A DNA stretch of 62,982 nucleotides from positions 1-62,982 of the forward strand of contig JALGTG010000002.1 of the NCBI GenBank assembly GCA_029821495.1, read 5' to 3'. Under the pieces are notes generated by a model that saw only the letters and a program-made list of their open reading frames with translations, did not search any database and was not told the DNA's origin. The stretch is from Candidatus Hebobacteria bacterium. GTDB lineage: Bacteria; Armatimonadota; Hebobacteria; Hebobacterales; Hebobacteraceae. Position numbers and translations under genes: made by a program. Shown piece after piece: positions 56,320-62,982 of this stretch; position 1 is the first letter of the stretch; the number at the start of each line of letters is the position of its first letter.

Positions 56320-56679
56320 CTACTTGATGAAGCGAATGCAGAGCGGGTAGCGGTACTTCACTCCGTTGTTGGCCTGCACCGCGGCGATGATGAACATCAC
56401 GACGTCGAAGGCCAACACCGCGAAGGGGAGCAGGGGACCGATGAGGATCAGGGTCAGCGGCACCGCGAGTATGGACGCGGCCACCGCATAGATCAGGATG
56501 CTGATCTGGAAGTTCAGCGATTCCTTGCCCTGATCATTGACGAACTCAGACTGGTCCTTCTTGATCAGCCACACTATGAGCGGCCCGAGGAAACCTATGA
56601 CCGCCGCCAGGTGGCACAACATCCCCATGGTCCGATCATCTTGACTTAGGCCCTGGCTCTCGCCTTGGTTCTCGCTCAT
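56320..56679 (-). CDS. DUF4870-family small membrane protein
   Basis: Motifs MGMLCHLAAVIGFLGPLIVWLIKKDQSEFVNDQGKESLNFQIS and YRYPLCIRFIK. ATG 56679 with AAGGGAG upstream is preferred over ATG 56703. Confidence 0.75.
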   Translation of the reverse strand: MSENQGESQGLSQDDRTMGMLCHLAAVIGFLGPLIVWLIKKDQSEFVNDQGKESLNFQISILIYAVAASILAVPLTLILIGPLLPFAVLAFDVVMFIIAAVQANNGVKYRYPLCIRFIK

Positions 56680-56939
56680 GACAGTGCCGCTCCCTTCCCA
56701 CATGTGTTGCCGCTAAGTGGCCCAGCTTGTTGCCTAGCAGATACCACGTATCACGTCACGGCTGTTACGCCACAGGCTGCCCGTGTGTCCCCTGTGGTTG
56801 GCCGCCTTCACCGGCGCGGGGGATGGAGCTGGCGCGGGGGTCTTCGGGCGGCGCGAGCTAGTGGGTCCCGAGGGGTCGGGCCGCACTCCCACGGGAGTGC
56901 GGTTACACTCCTGTGGGAGTGGGACAGGTGGTCAGTCTT

Positions 56940-56958
56940 GGACAAATGCTGTTTGTCC
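56940..56958. promoter_or_regulatory. perfect inverted repeat GGACAAA-N5-TTTGTCC (operator-like)
   Basis: Read directly from the sequence. It lies in a lower-GC part of the divergent intergenic region, and further TGTCC copies follow at 56964-56977. Confidence 0.3.
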
Positions 56959-57043
56959 GCTACTTGTCCGAATGTCCTGGGGGCAAATGAGGCATGCTGG
57001 CGACACCGCGGTGGACGTCCAAAATGTGTCCATGTCCGTCCAC

Positions 57044-57057
57044 TGACCAAGTGGTCA
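57044..57057. promoter_or_regulatory. palindrome TGACCA-AG-TGGTCA, with additional direct TGGTCA copies nearby
   Basis: Exact 6-bp arms. Additional TGGTCA hexamers lie at 56929-56934, 57082-57087 and 57092-57097. Confidence 0.3.
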
Positions 57058-57134
57058 TTCTCGGGGCTGGTTCGGACTCGTTGGTCATGTGTGGTCATTC
57101 CCGCCCTGTAAGCGGTGTCAGGGACAGAAGTTCG

Positions 57135-57500
57135 GCCCGGCAGGTGCCTGCCGGGCAGGATGCTCTTGGTGGGGAGGGCGGGCCGGCGATGGGGTCGCGA
57201 CAGGAATGTCGCTCCTACGGGGATGGGCACAACGGCCGGCGGGCACGGGTGTGCCCGCCCTACAGGACCCGCCTACGGCGGGTACGCAGGTTGAAAACCT
57301 GCGCTACCAAAAGGGGCAGGAGGCGGGCTCGTGCCCGAGGGGCAAGAGATGTTCGGTCGCGACAGGAATGTCGCTCCTACGGGGGTGGGGAGGAACGGCC
57401 GGCGGGGTTCGGTGACCCCGCCCTACAGCAGAGCGGCGGGGGGCGCGGTCGCGACGGGAATGTGCCGGAGGCACATGAATGTCGCTGGTATGGGGGGTGG
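57135..57500. repeat. REP/BIME-like array of short GC-rich hairpins flanked by CTAC (GTAG on the opposite strand)
   Basis: Hairpins: 57135-57156, 57197-57212 (+CTAC 57215), 57238-57259 (+CTAC 57260), 57267-57283, 57285-57303 (+CTAC 57304), 57359-57374 (+CTAC 57377), 57401-57422 (+CTAC 57423) and 57461-57475. A 30-nt perfect direct repeat GGTCGCGACAGGAATGTCGCTCCTACGGGG occurs at 57193 and 57355. A degenerate third copy starts at 57447. Confidence 0.6.
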
Positions 57501-57581
57501 AGGGCTGGGAGGTTGGGGGTCGGGAGGTAGAGAAGGAGATGAGGGTTGATAGATGCCGAGGCATGCAGGGAGGAGTCCGCT

Positions 57582-58772
57582 GTGGATAGGGTCCGGATCG
57601 GAGTGATAGGGGTCGGGGGGATGTGGCAAGGGCACTGTGGGTACATGCACAAGCGGGGGATGGGGCAAGGGCACTGTGGGTACATGCACAAGCTGGATGT
57701 GGGGGAACTCGCGGCGGTGTGCGACATTGTGCCGGAGGTGGCGGAGGAGGTCGGGAACCGGCACAAGGTGCCGTGCTTCGTGAAGCATACGGATCTGATG
57801 GATTCGGGTCTGGTGGACGCGGTGCTGATAGCGACGCCGCACTACGGGCATCCGCCGATTGCGATCGACGCGTTTAGGCGGGGGCTGCATGTGCTGAGTG
57901 AGAAGCCGATCGGGGTGACGGTGAAGGAGGCCGGGCGGATGGTCCGCGCGGCCGAGCGGAGCGGGAAGGTGTTCTCGGTGATGTTCCAGATGCGCGCGCT
58001 GCCGGAGTACCAGGCGGCGAGGAAGCTGATCGAGGATGGGCGGGTGGGGGAGCTGGTGCGCGCGAATATGATCCTGGGGATGTACCGGTCGCAGGCCTAT
58101 TATGATTCTGCCGGATGGCGGGCGACCTGGGAAGGGGAGGGAGGCGGGGTGCTGTTGAACCAGGCGCCGCACGGGCTGGATGCGTTCACGTGGCTGGCGG
58201 GTGTGCCGAAGCTGGTGACGGCGCAGACGCGCACGCGGGCGCACGACATAGAGGTGGAGGACGAGGCGTTCGCACTGCTAGAGTACGGGAACGGGGCGCA
58301 CGGGTACATCTTCGCGGGGGTGATCGAGGCGCCGCAGTTGAATCGCGTGGAGATCGTGGGAGATCGCGGGAAGATCCTGTTCGATGAGCAGGGGCTGCGG
58401 TTCTGGGAGCTTCCGACGCCGACGAGCGAGTTCACGGTGCAGAGCAAGAAGATGTGGGGGGCGCCGGAGGCAAAGCAGGTGGAGGTGGAGCTGAAGGAGC
58501 GGGAGACGGAGCATATCGCGATCACGCGCAACTTCTGTAGGGCGATTCTGTATGGGGAGGAGCTGCTCGCTCCGGGGGCGGAGGGACTCGGGTCGCTGGA
58601 GCTGGCGAACGCGATGATTCTGTCGCACTACCGGAAGAAGACGGTTCGGATTCCGGTGAAGCGGAATGAGTACGAGGAGCTGTTGGGGGAACTGCGGAGG
58701 AAGTCGAGGCCGAAGAGGGGGGTGAAGGACAAGCGGATCACGGATAGGCAGTACACGGCGAAGGGGAAGTAG
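57582..58772 (+). CDS. Gfo/Idh/MocA family NAD(P)-dependent oxidoreductase
   Basis: Rossmann N-terminus (RIGVIGVGGM), EKP motif (LSEKPIGVTVKEA) and a C-terminal alpha/beta domain. GTG 57582 with GGGAGGAG upstream is preferred over TTG 57546. Confidence 0.85.
   Translation: MDRVRIGVIGVGGMWQGHCGYMHKRGMGQGHCGYMHKLDVGELAAVCDIVPEVAEEVGNRHKVPCFVKHTDLMDSGLVDAVLIATPHYGHPPIAIDAFRRGLHVLSEKPIGVTVKEAGRMVRAAERSGKVFSVMFQMRALPEYQAARKLIEDGRVGELVRANMILGMYRSQAYYDSAGWRATWEGEGGGVLLNQAPHGLDAFTWLAGVPKLVTAQTRTRAHDIEVEDEAFALLEYGNGAHGYIFAGVIEAPQLNRVEIVGDRGKILFDEQGLRFWELPTPTSEFTVQSKKMWGAPEAKQVEVELKERETEHIAITRNFCRAILYGEELLAPGAEGLGSLELANAMILSHYRKKTVRIPVKRNEYEELLGELRRKSRPKRGVKDKRITDRQYTAKGK
57621..57698 (+). repeat. in-frame 39-bp tandem duplication inside the oxidoreductase gene
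   Basis: Copy 1 (57621-57659) encodes MWQGHCGYMHKRG. Copy 2 (57660-57698) encodes MGQGHCGYMHKLD. The 30-nt core GGCAAGGGCACTGTGGGTACATGCACAAGC is identical in both, and overall identity is 35/39. Confidence 0.85.
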
Positions 58773-58798
58773 GAGAAGCGCGGGAGGAGATCGTTCTG

Positions 58799-58820
58799 GG
58801 GCGCCCGGAGGCGGGCGCCC
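58799..58820. terminator. terminator-like hairpin between convergent genes
   Basis: 9-bp stem GGGCGCCCG / CGGGCGCCC with loop GAGG, followed by TTCCTCT. Confidence 0.5.
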
Positions 58821-58834
58821 TTCCTCTGCGGGGG

Positions 58835-58981
58835 TCAGGGGCGAATGCCGGCCAGCTCGAAGACGCGGAGGACCTGGAGGCGGAAGTAGATGACGATGAT
58901 GGCGATGATCCAGAGGGAGACGAGGAGTTGGACCCACCAGCGGTCGATGGGCCTCGGTCTGTCTCTATTGGGCTCGTTCAT
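58835..58981 (-). CDS. 48-aa single-pass membrane protein (hypothetical)
   Basis: MNEPNRDRPRPIDRWWVQLLVSLWIIAIIVIYFRLQVLRVFELAGIRP. Its ATG overlaps the upstream gene's TGA (ATGA at 58978-58981). Confidence 0.45.
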   Translation of the reverse strand: MNEPNRDRPRPIDRWWVQLLVSLWIIAIIVIYFRLQVLRVFELAGIRP

Positions 58982-59691
58982 AGACCGGCCTCCAGAGGGC
59001 GAAGGACGCTGCGGGCGTCCTCGCGCGAGGTGAGTTCGGTACAGGCGACATGGCTGCCGCGGGCGCCGGGGTGGACGACGAGGGCGGCGCCGGGCTCTCG
59101 GGCGGCGAGGTGGCGGTGGGTGTGGCCGCCGAGGACGAGGTCCACGTGGGGAAGTGCGGCTAGCTGACGGTCTATCTCGGCGCCGCAGTGGGAGAGGCAG
59201 ATGACGATGTCGGCGGTGTCGCGGAGCTCCGCGGCAAGGTTCTCGGCGACGGGGAGAGGGTGCTCGAAGACGTAGTCGGTGACGCGGGCCCAGAGGGATT
59301 TCGGGGGGGTGATCTGTGGGGCGAGGCCGATGACGGCGATGCGGCGGCCTTGGGGCCGGTCGAAGAGGGCGTGGGAGCGGATGATGGAGGGGAGGGGCTG
59401 GCGCTTGGGGAGGATGTTGGCGGCGAGGATGGGGAAGGAGGCGTCGCGGAGCTTGCATTCGAGGAAGCGGCGCGCGGGGTGGGACTCGCGGTTTCCCATT
59501 GCCATTGCGTCGTAGCCGACAGCGGCCATCCGGCGGAGGATGGGCTCGCCGGCGAGCCGGAAGGTGAGGTTGCCGGCGGCGACGGCGTCGCCGGCGTCGA
59601 GCAAGAGGGAGTGGGGGTGGTGCTGTTTGAGGTGCGCGAGCTGGCGCGCGGCGGCCGGGGGGGTGGCGGGGGATGGGCCGGGGTCGGGCAT
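58978..59691 (-). CDS. metallophosphoesterase-domain protein lacking the N-terminal DxH motif (possibly truncated or degenerate)
   Basis: Motifs LLLDAGD, MGNRES (in place of GNHE), CLSHCG and LGGHTH. Start at ATG 59691, 8 nt after the upstream stop. The longer ORF to 59811 overlaps the upstream gene and adds no DxH motif. Confidence 0.7.
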   Translation of the reverse strand: MPDPGPSPATPPAAARQLAHLKQHHPHSLLLDAGDAVAAGNLTFRLAGEPILRRMAAVGYDAMAMGNRESHPARRFLECKLRDASFPILAANILPKRQPLPSIIRSHALFDRPQGRRIAVIGLAPQITPPKSLWARVTDYVFEHPLPVAENLAAELRDTADIVICLSHCGAEIDRQLAALPHVDLVLGGHTHRHLAAREPGAALVVHPGARGSHVACTELTSREDARSVLRPLEAGL

Positions 59692-59698
59692 GGGAGGT

Positions 59699-61645
59699 CT
59701 ACCAGGTGACATAGCTGTGGCGGCGGAGGAACTGGAAGTAGTCGAGCAGGGAGGTGGCGGCCGGGTCGATCCGCTTTGCGAACTCGTCCGGGGTGAGGGT
59801 GCGCGCGGCACGGAGCTCTCGGGCGGCGAGATGGGCTGCGTTAGCGAGAGAGCGGCGGCCGTCGCACCAGTTGAGGAGGGTGAAGAGGGCGGTGGACCAG
59901 CGGGGGCTGCGGAGGCCTGCGCGGAGCTCGGGGTCGATGCGGTCGAAGGTGACGGGTCCGGTGACGAGGCGGCGCGGGTGGATGGTGGCGAGGACGCCCT
60001 CGGGCTCGTGTGCGGTGGGGGTGTGTGCGGGGAGACCGGCGCGGCGGGCGAGGGCGGCGGCCTCGTGGTGTCCGAGGCGCCGCACTTCGCGCTGGAGGGC
60101 TCTGATGTGGGGGCGGAGCTGAGGGCGCTGGGGAGCGGGGAGGAGCTTGAGCGCGGTGGGGACGGCTTCGGCGTGGCGCTCGGCGAGGTAGGCGAGTTGA
60201 AGGAGGGAGTCGTCGAGATCGGAGTCCGAGATGTGGGCGAGTTCTGCGAGCGCGGCGGCGGTGAGGGCGGCTTTGCCGCGGGCAGCGGCGAGGTGGGCGA
60301 AGTCGAGGACGAGGCTGCGATCGGCGGAGGCGATGAGGTAGGCGTAGGCGGCTGTGATGCGCGCGACGAGCGCCTGTGCGCCGGGGTCGAGGACGTCGGG
60401 GGTGTCTGCGGAGGTGTGCCACGTGCGGCTGTGGCTGCCGATCCAGGGACAGGGGATGTTGATGGTCTTGTCGGCTATTAAGCTGTCGGTAGCCATGACG
60501 AAAGGTCTCTCCCGCCAGGCGCGGACGGGGTCGGCGGCCATGACCTCGCGGGCGACGGCGAGGAGGAGGGCGTCCACATAGCTCATCTGGGAGTGGGGGT
60601 TGACCGTTATGTCAAGGGGGTGGAGGGCGAGGTCGACGGCGCCGCCGGGCGCGTCGAGGCAGAGGCCGGCGATGGTGCGGCGGGCGCGGGGGCGCTGCTC
60701 GGCCCAGAAAGTGGTGGTGTAGCATTCGGAGACGAAGAGGAGACGAATGGTGCGCGAAGGCTGGGGGAGCTTGCCTTCCGAGATGAGTGACTGGAGGGCG
60801 CGGGCCGTTTCGAGCATGATGGCGCAGCCGGAGGCGTTGTCAACGGCGCCCTGCTCGAATTGGTGGCCGAGGAGTAGGACTTCCTCTTTGGTGGCGCCGG
60901 GGATGACCGCGGTGGGGGTGGGGAGAGTGCCGGGCTGGAGGCTGGCCCGCACGACTGCGCGGCCTCGTATGGGGGCTTCTGTCTCCAGGCGGCCGCGCAG
61001 CTGGGCTCCGCGGCGCGGGGAGATCTGGAAGGACCAGCCGAGCGCGTCGCGGTTGGTGACCGCCCAGCCGCCGGGGTCATCGCTCCAGGCATTGACCCAG
61101 GTGACGGCGTCGGGGAGGTCGGCACCGCGCGGCTGGTAGTCGGACAGAATGCCGAGGGCACCGCGCTCCAGCAGGATTCGCTTGACGGAGTGAGGATGAG
61201 CGGAGGTGAAGACGATCTTACCGCGTACATCGTCGGGAGACCAGCTCTTTCCGTCGGCTGGGTTTTCGATGTAGATGAGCTCGGCCTCGACTCCTTCGGG
61301 GGGCGTGGGAGCGCTCCACATGGCGAGGCAGGCGGGAGTCTCGGCGCGATCGGCGATTCGCTCGGGGCGGCCGTCGGAGGGGATGGTGTCGAAGGTGGCT
61401 TCGTCGGCCTCCCAGGCGAGGGGCATCATGGAGTCGCCGAAGACGGTGCGGCCGTCGGCGGGGGCCTCCAGGATCTCGACGCTGCTGAGGCCGGCGGCAC
61501 GGAGGCGGTCGGCGGTGAGGCGGGCACTCTGGTGGAAGCTGGAGAAGGTGAAGCTGCGATCGATGGAGTGAATGGCCTCGGTGTCTTCCTTGGTTCGCTC
61601 TTTCTCAACGCGGGCCGCAAGAAGGGAGAGCAGGTCGCGGAACAT
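59699..61645 (-). CDS. M28-like aminopeptidase-domain protein (DUF4910-type)
   Basis: 648 aa. Motifs LLLGHQFEQGAVDNASGCAIMLETARAL and WHTSADTPD, with a C-terminal helical domain. Confidence 0.75.
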   Translation of the reverse strand: MFRDLLSLLAARVEKERTKEDTEAIHSIDRSFTFSSFHQSARLTADRLRAAGLSSVEILEAPADGRTVFGDSMMPLAWEADEATFDTIPSDGRPERIADRAETPACLAMWSAPTPPEGVEAELIYIENPADGKSWSPDDVRGKIVFTSAHPHSVKRILLERGALGILSDYQPRGADLPDAVTWVNAWSDDPGGWAVTNRDALGWSFQISPRRGAQLRGRLETEAPIRGRAVVRASLQPGTLPTPTAVIPGATKEEVLLLGHQFEQGAVDNASGCAIMLETARALQSLISEGKLPQPSRTIRLLFVSECYTTTFWAEQRPRARRTIAGLCLDAPGGAVDLALHPLDITVNPHSQMSYVDALLLAVAREVMAADPVRAWRERPFVMATDSLIADKTINIPCPWIGSHSRTWHTSADTPDVLDPGAQALVARITAAYAYLIASADRSLVLDFAHLAAARGKAALTAAALAELAHISDSDLDDSLLQLAYLAERHAEAVPTALKLLPAPQRPQLRPHIRALQREVRRLGHHEAAALARRAGLPAHTPTAHEPEGVLATIHPRRLVTGPVTFDRIDPELRAGLRSPRWSTALFTLLNWCDGRRSLANAAHLAARELRAARTLTPDEFAKRIDPAATSLLDYFQFLRRHSYVTW

Positions 61646-61882
61646 GGTCGCACCTCGGCTGTGTGCTTATGTTGAGGATTCCGTTCGGCGGCGATGATAC
61701 CTGCCGGAATGGGGCGGGGGTGGTGGGTTCGGGAGGAACGGGGCACAGGCAGTGGAAGGACGAGACTGCAGTGTGGTGGCAAAGATGGGCAGACGCGCCG
61801 GCGGTGGGGAGGGTGGCCGGTGTAGGCCTTGTGTTCCGGCACGGCGGGACGGCGCGCCGGGTGTGCGGGCGGAGGTAGGACA

Positions 61883-62982
61883 GTGGGAGAGTTCGGAGTG
61901 CGGCCGAAGCAGGTGCCTGCGGTGGAGACGGAGTTCCGTCGGATTCAGACGGCGATCCCGTCGCCAGCGTCGATTCCGGTGCTCGAGTCGCTGTGGCGGG
62001 ACGAGCCGGATTCGATGCGGGGCCAGCCGGCGGTGGTGTGGGACCGGGCGGAGGGCTTTCAGGTCTACGATGCGTGGGGGAACAAGTGGATTGACTGGAG
62101 TTCGGGGGTGGTGGTGGCGAACGCGGGGCACGGGAGGCCGGAGATCGTGTCGGCGATCTGTGGTCAGGCACGCACGGGGCTGCTGCACAACTACTGCTTT
62201 CCGAGCGAGATCCGGGCGCGGCTGGTGGAGCGGCTGGCGAAGCTGGCGCCCGAGGCGCTGGAGAAGGTCTTCCTGCTGACGACGGGGTCGGAGACGACGG
62301 AGTGTGCGATCAAGCTGGCGCGCACTCACGGGCGCGCGGCGGGGGGCGACGAGAAGATCGGGATTGTGAGCTACGAGGGGGCGTTTCACGGGCGGACGCT
62401 GGGGGCGCAGATGATAGGTGGGATTCCGGCGCTGAAGGAGTGGATTGTCAACCTGGATCCCGACATGGTGCAGGTGCCGTTCCCCGATGGATTCCGTTGT
62501 GCCGATACTAGCTTCGACTTCTTCCTGCGGAGCCTGGAGGAGAGGGGGTTTGGGCCGGACCGAATCGCGGGGGTGATATCAGAGACGTACCAGGGTGGGA
62601 GCGTTGCGTTCTGGCCGCGGGAGTATGCGCAGAAGATGCGCAGGTGGTGTGACGAGCACGACATCGTGCTTATCATGGATGAGGTGCAGGCGGCATTCGG
62701 CCGGACGGGGAGGATGTGGGGATTCGAGCACTATGGGATCGTGCCGGACCTGGTGTGCTGTGGGAAGGGGATCACGAGCGGTCTGCCGCTGTCGGCGGTG
62801 ATCGGGCGGGGGGATCTGATGGACCAGTATCCGCCGGGGAGCATGACGAGCACGCACACGGGGAATCCAGTGTGTGCGGCCGCGGCGCTGGCGAATCTGG
62901 AGATCATCGTGGTGGAGCGGCTGGCGGAGAAGGCGGCGAAGGTGGGGGAGGTGCTGCAGGTCGGACTGCGAGAGATCCGGGA
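61883..62982 (+). CDS. class-III (PLP-dependent) aminotransferase, 3' end outside the window
   Basis: GTG 61883 with GGAGGTAGG upstream; the frame stays open to the window end. Motifs GNKWIDWSSGVVVANAGHG, TTGSETTECAIKLAR, DEVQAAFGRTGRMWGFEHYGIVPDLVCCGKGITSG and TSTHTGNP. This ORF is not listed in the supplied track because it has no stop. Confidence 0.9.
   Translation, partial: MGEFGVRPKQVPAVETEFRRIQTAIPSPASIPVLESLWRDEPDSMRGQPAVVWDRAEGFQVYDAWGNKWIDWSSGVVVANAGHGRPEIVSAICGQARTGLLHNYCFPSEIRARLVERLAKLAPEALEKVFLLTTGSETTECAIKLARTHGRAAGGDEKIGIVSYEGAFHGRTLGAQMIGGIPALKEWIVNLDPDMVQVPFPDGFRCADTSFDFFLRSLEERGFGPDRIAGVISETYQGGSVAFWPREYAQKMRRWCDEHDIVLIMDEVQAAFGRTGRMWGFEHYGIVPDLVCCGKGITSGLPLSAVIGRGDLMDQYPPGSMTSTHTGNPVCAAAALANLEIIVVERLAEKAAKVGEVLQVGLREIR

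Noticed and set aside
57063-57090. GGGGCTGGTTCGGACTCG resembles the 5' end of tmRNA.
   Set aside because: There is no matching 3' acceptor, T-arm or CCA (GGTTCGAnTCC..CCACCA) anywhere downstream in the intergenic region, and no tag-peptide reading frame.
57193-57384. Possible CRISPR array, because a 30-nt perfect direct repeat recurs after 162 bp and a degenerate third copy follows.
   Set aside because: There are only two exact copies. The spacing is far larger than a CRISPR spacer and is itself made of related hairpins. There are no cas genes in the window. The GTAG-flanked palindrome architecture fits REP elements better.
56665-57530. Several ORFs of 87-178 aa on both strands of the large intergenic region.
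   Set aside because: Their translations are dominated by R/G/W/C runs produced by the hairpin repeats. They have no SD-plus-start context and no recognisable domains.
58278-59458. P/R-rich minus-strand ORFs (219 aa and 207 aa).
   Set aside because: They are antisense to, or out of frame with, the oxidoreductase and phosphoesterase genes. Only the last 48 codons of the second ORF (58835-58981) look like a real small membrane protein.

Overview
Visibly GC-rich, gene-dense chromosomal window. I support about 50 protein-coding genes, 3 tRNAs, several hairpin terminators and one large structured non-coding region. I saw no transposase, integrase, cas gene, reverse transcriptase or rRNA. The host looks like a diderm bacterium, because TolC, the Kdo-pathway KpsF and SLH surface proteins are all present. 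The lineage cannot be named from the sequence alone.

Content in order:
- SLH protein, truncated at the window start.
- Sugar ABC uptake genes (binding protein plus two permeases).
- RNase D, a secreted glycoside hydrolase, a TPR protein, a glutaminyl-cyclase-like M28 protein and a PPC/DUF296 protein.
- A giant GH35-like protein.
- tRNA-Gly and tRNA-Cys.
- An efflux locus: MarR, TolC, adaptor, ABC ATPase, adaptor, adaptor, MacB-type permease.
- Envelope and sugar-nucleotide genes: wecB, a parvulin-like isomerase, MauE/rhodanese, manC, pmm, kpsF and a frameshifted RmlC-like cupin.
- tRNA-Leu, tatA and csp.
- mtaD-ykgJ and a 1171-aa secreted multidomain protein.
- GNAT, thioesterase, a zinc-ribbon GspF-like protein, a site-2 protease and PBP1A.
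- prfB, secA and a Mut7-C RNase coupled to a transglutaminase-like membrane protein.
- An approximately 880-bp hairpin-rich intergenic region, then an oxidoreductase, phosphoesterase, M28-like protein and aminotransferase (open at the window end).

Most notable observations:
1. A REP/BIME-like array of GTAG-flanked hairpins with compensatory stem changes (57135-57500). An operator-like palindrome cluster lies just upstream.
2. An in-frame TGA at a conserved Gly codon splits PBP1A.
3. A Mut7-C nuclease is translationally coupled (GTGA overlap) to a transglutaminase-like polytopic membrane protein.
4. A MacB-type efflux operon carries three paralogous membrane-fusion proteins.
5. A GH35-like giant protein appears to lack both catalytic glutamates.
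6. prfB has the canonical +1 frameshift site.
7. A Rossmann motif carries a 39-bp in-frame tandem duplication.

All functional calls come from motif recognition by eye. No searches were run.
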